Shown: one piece after another, positions 63,901 through 64,000 of the stretch | Layout: the number at the start of each line of letters is the position of its first letter | How positions within the stretch are numbered: position 1 is the stretch's first letter | Origin: Enoplolaimus lenunculus | Taxonomy: Eukaryota | Direction of reading: 5' to 3' | Length of the DNA: 64,000 nt | NCBI GenBank assembly: GCA_030248215.1 | Contig: JASANG010001414.1 | Location: 186,001-250,000 of the forward strand | The notes under the pieces: model-generated | Databases searched by the model: none | Told to the model about the DNA's origin: nothing | What the model saw: only the letters and a program-made list of their open reading frames with translations | Program-made: the position numbers and the translations under genes

Positions 63901-64000
63901 CCGTTTTTAAAAGATAAATAAGACAAATCGGCTGTAGAAATTGTTCATTTATTATCCTTTTAGTTTTCGAAAGCGAACATTCCTTGCTTTACTCTTTCCA
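57970..64000 (+). CDS. MAU2: MAU2 / Scc4 cohesin loader subunit; runs off the 3' end of the window
   Basis: Exons 57970-58197, 59143-59226, 59729-59827, 62108-62230, 62464-62619, 63007-63174, 63706-63796, 63964->64000. Motifs: [117 protein letters not shown], FHW...HMCILVYLV.VMH..QAG.LEKA.KYTEKAL. Confidence 0.96.
60118..60550. mobile_element. hAT-type MITE (GGATCC-rich)
   Basis: TAGAGAACGGCCGGATCC...GGATCCGGTCGATCCCTA; 8-bp TSD GCTGAAAC. Confidence 0.85.
60732..61047. mobile_element. hAT-type MITE (GGATTC-rich)
   Basis: CAGGGTGGCAAC...GGTGCAACCCTG; 8-bp TSD GGCCAAGT. Confidence 0.85.
61185..61565. mobile_element. hAT-type MITE (TTCCGA-rich)
   Basis: CAGGGTGCAACCGGAA...TTCCGCTTTGCCCCCTG; TSD GATACAAC/GATACAAA (7/8); reverse homologue at ~44855-45272. 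Confidence 0.8.

Overview
Eukaryotic, intron-rich, AT-rich genomic DNA, probably from a nematode (inferred from interstitial TTAGGC telomere-type repeats; the species cannot be determined here). Four spliced host genes can be reconstructed by hand with GT-AG introns in consistent phase: a 5'-truncated p66/GATAD2 NuRD subunit (+, 808-9711), junctophilin (+, 18084-25813), TRAM1 (-, 42881-48405) and a 3'-truncated MAU2/Scc4 (+, from 57970). The main oddity is an 11.1-kb minus-strand LTR retroelement (28504-39633; 5-bp TSD, tRNA-Trp-like PBS, PPT, near-identical LTRs). Its internal region reconstructs to one ~1950-codon ORF: a Gag capsid region and two CCHC knuckles followed by ~1200 aa I cannot assign, with no recognisable RT, RNase H or integrase. 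Its LTRs carry four stem-loops sharing an invariant core, and a solo LTR of a sister subfamily sits inside its gag. Introns and intergenic DNA hold many non-autonomous DNA transposons (hAT-, piggyBac-, Tc1-, Mutator- and Helitron-type), some nested and some carrying tRNA-like or TTAGGC sequence. A GC-rich, structured 70-codon ORF lies just upstream of TRAM. All calls are by eye; no searches or folding programs were run.
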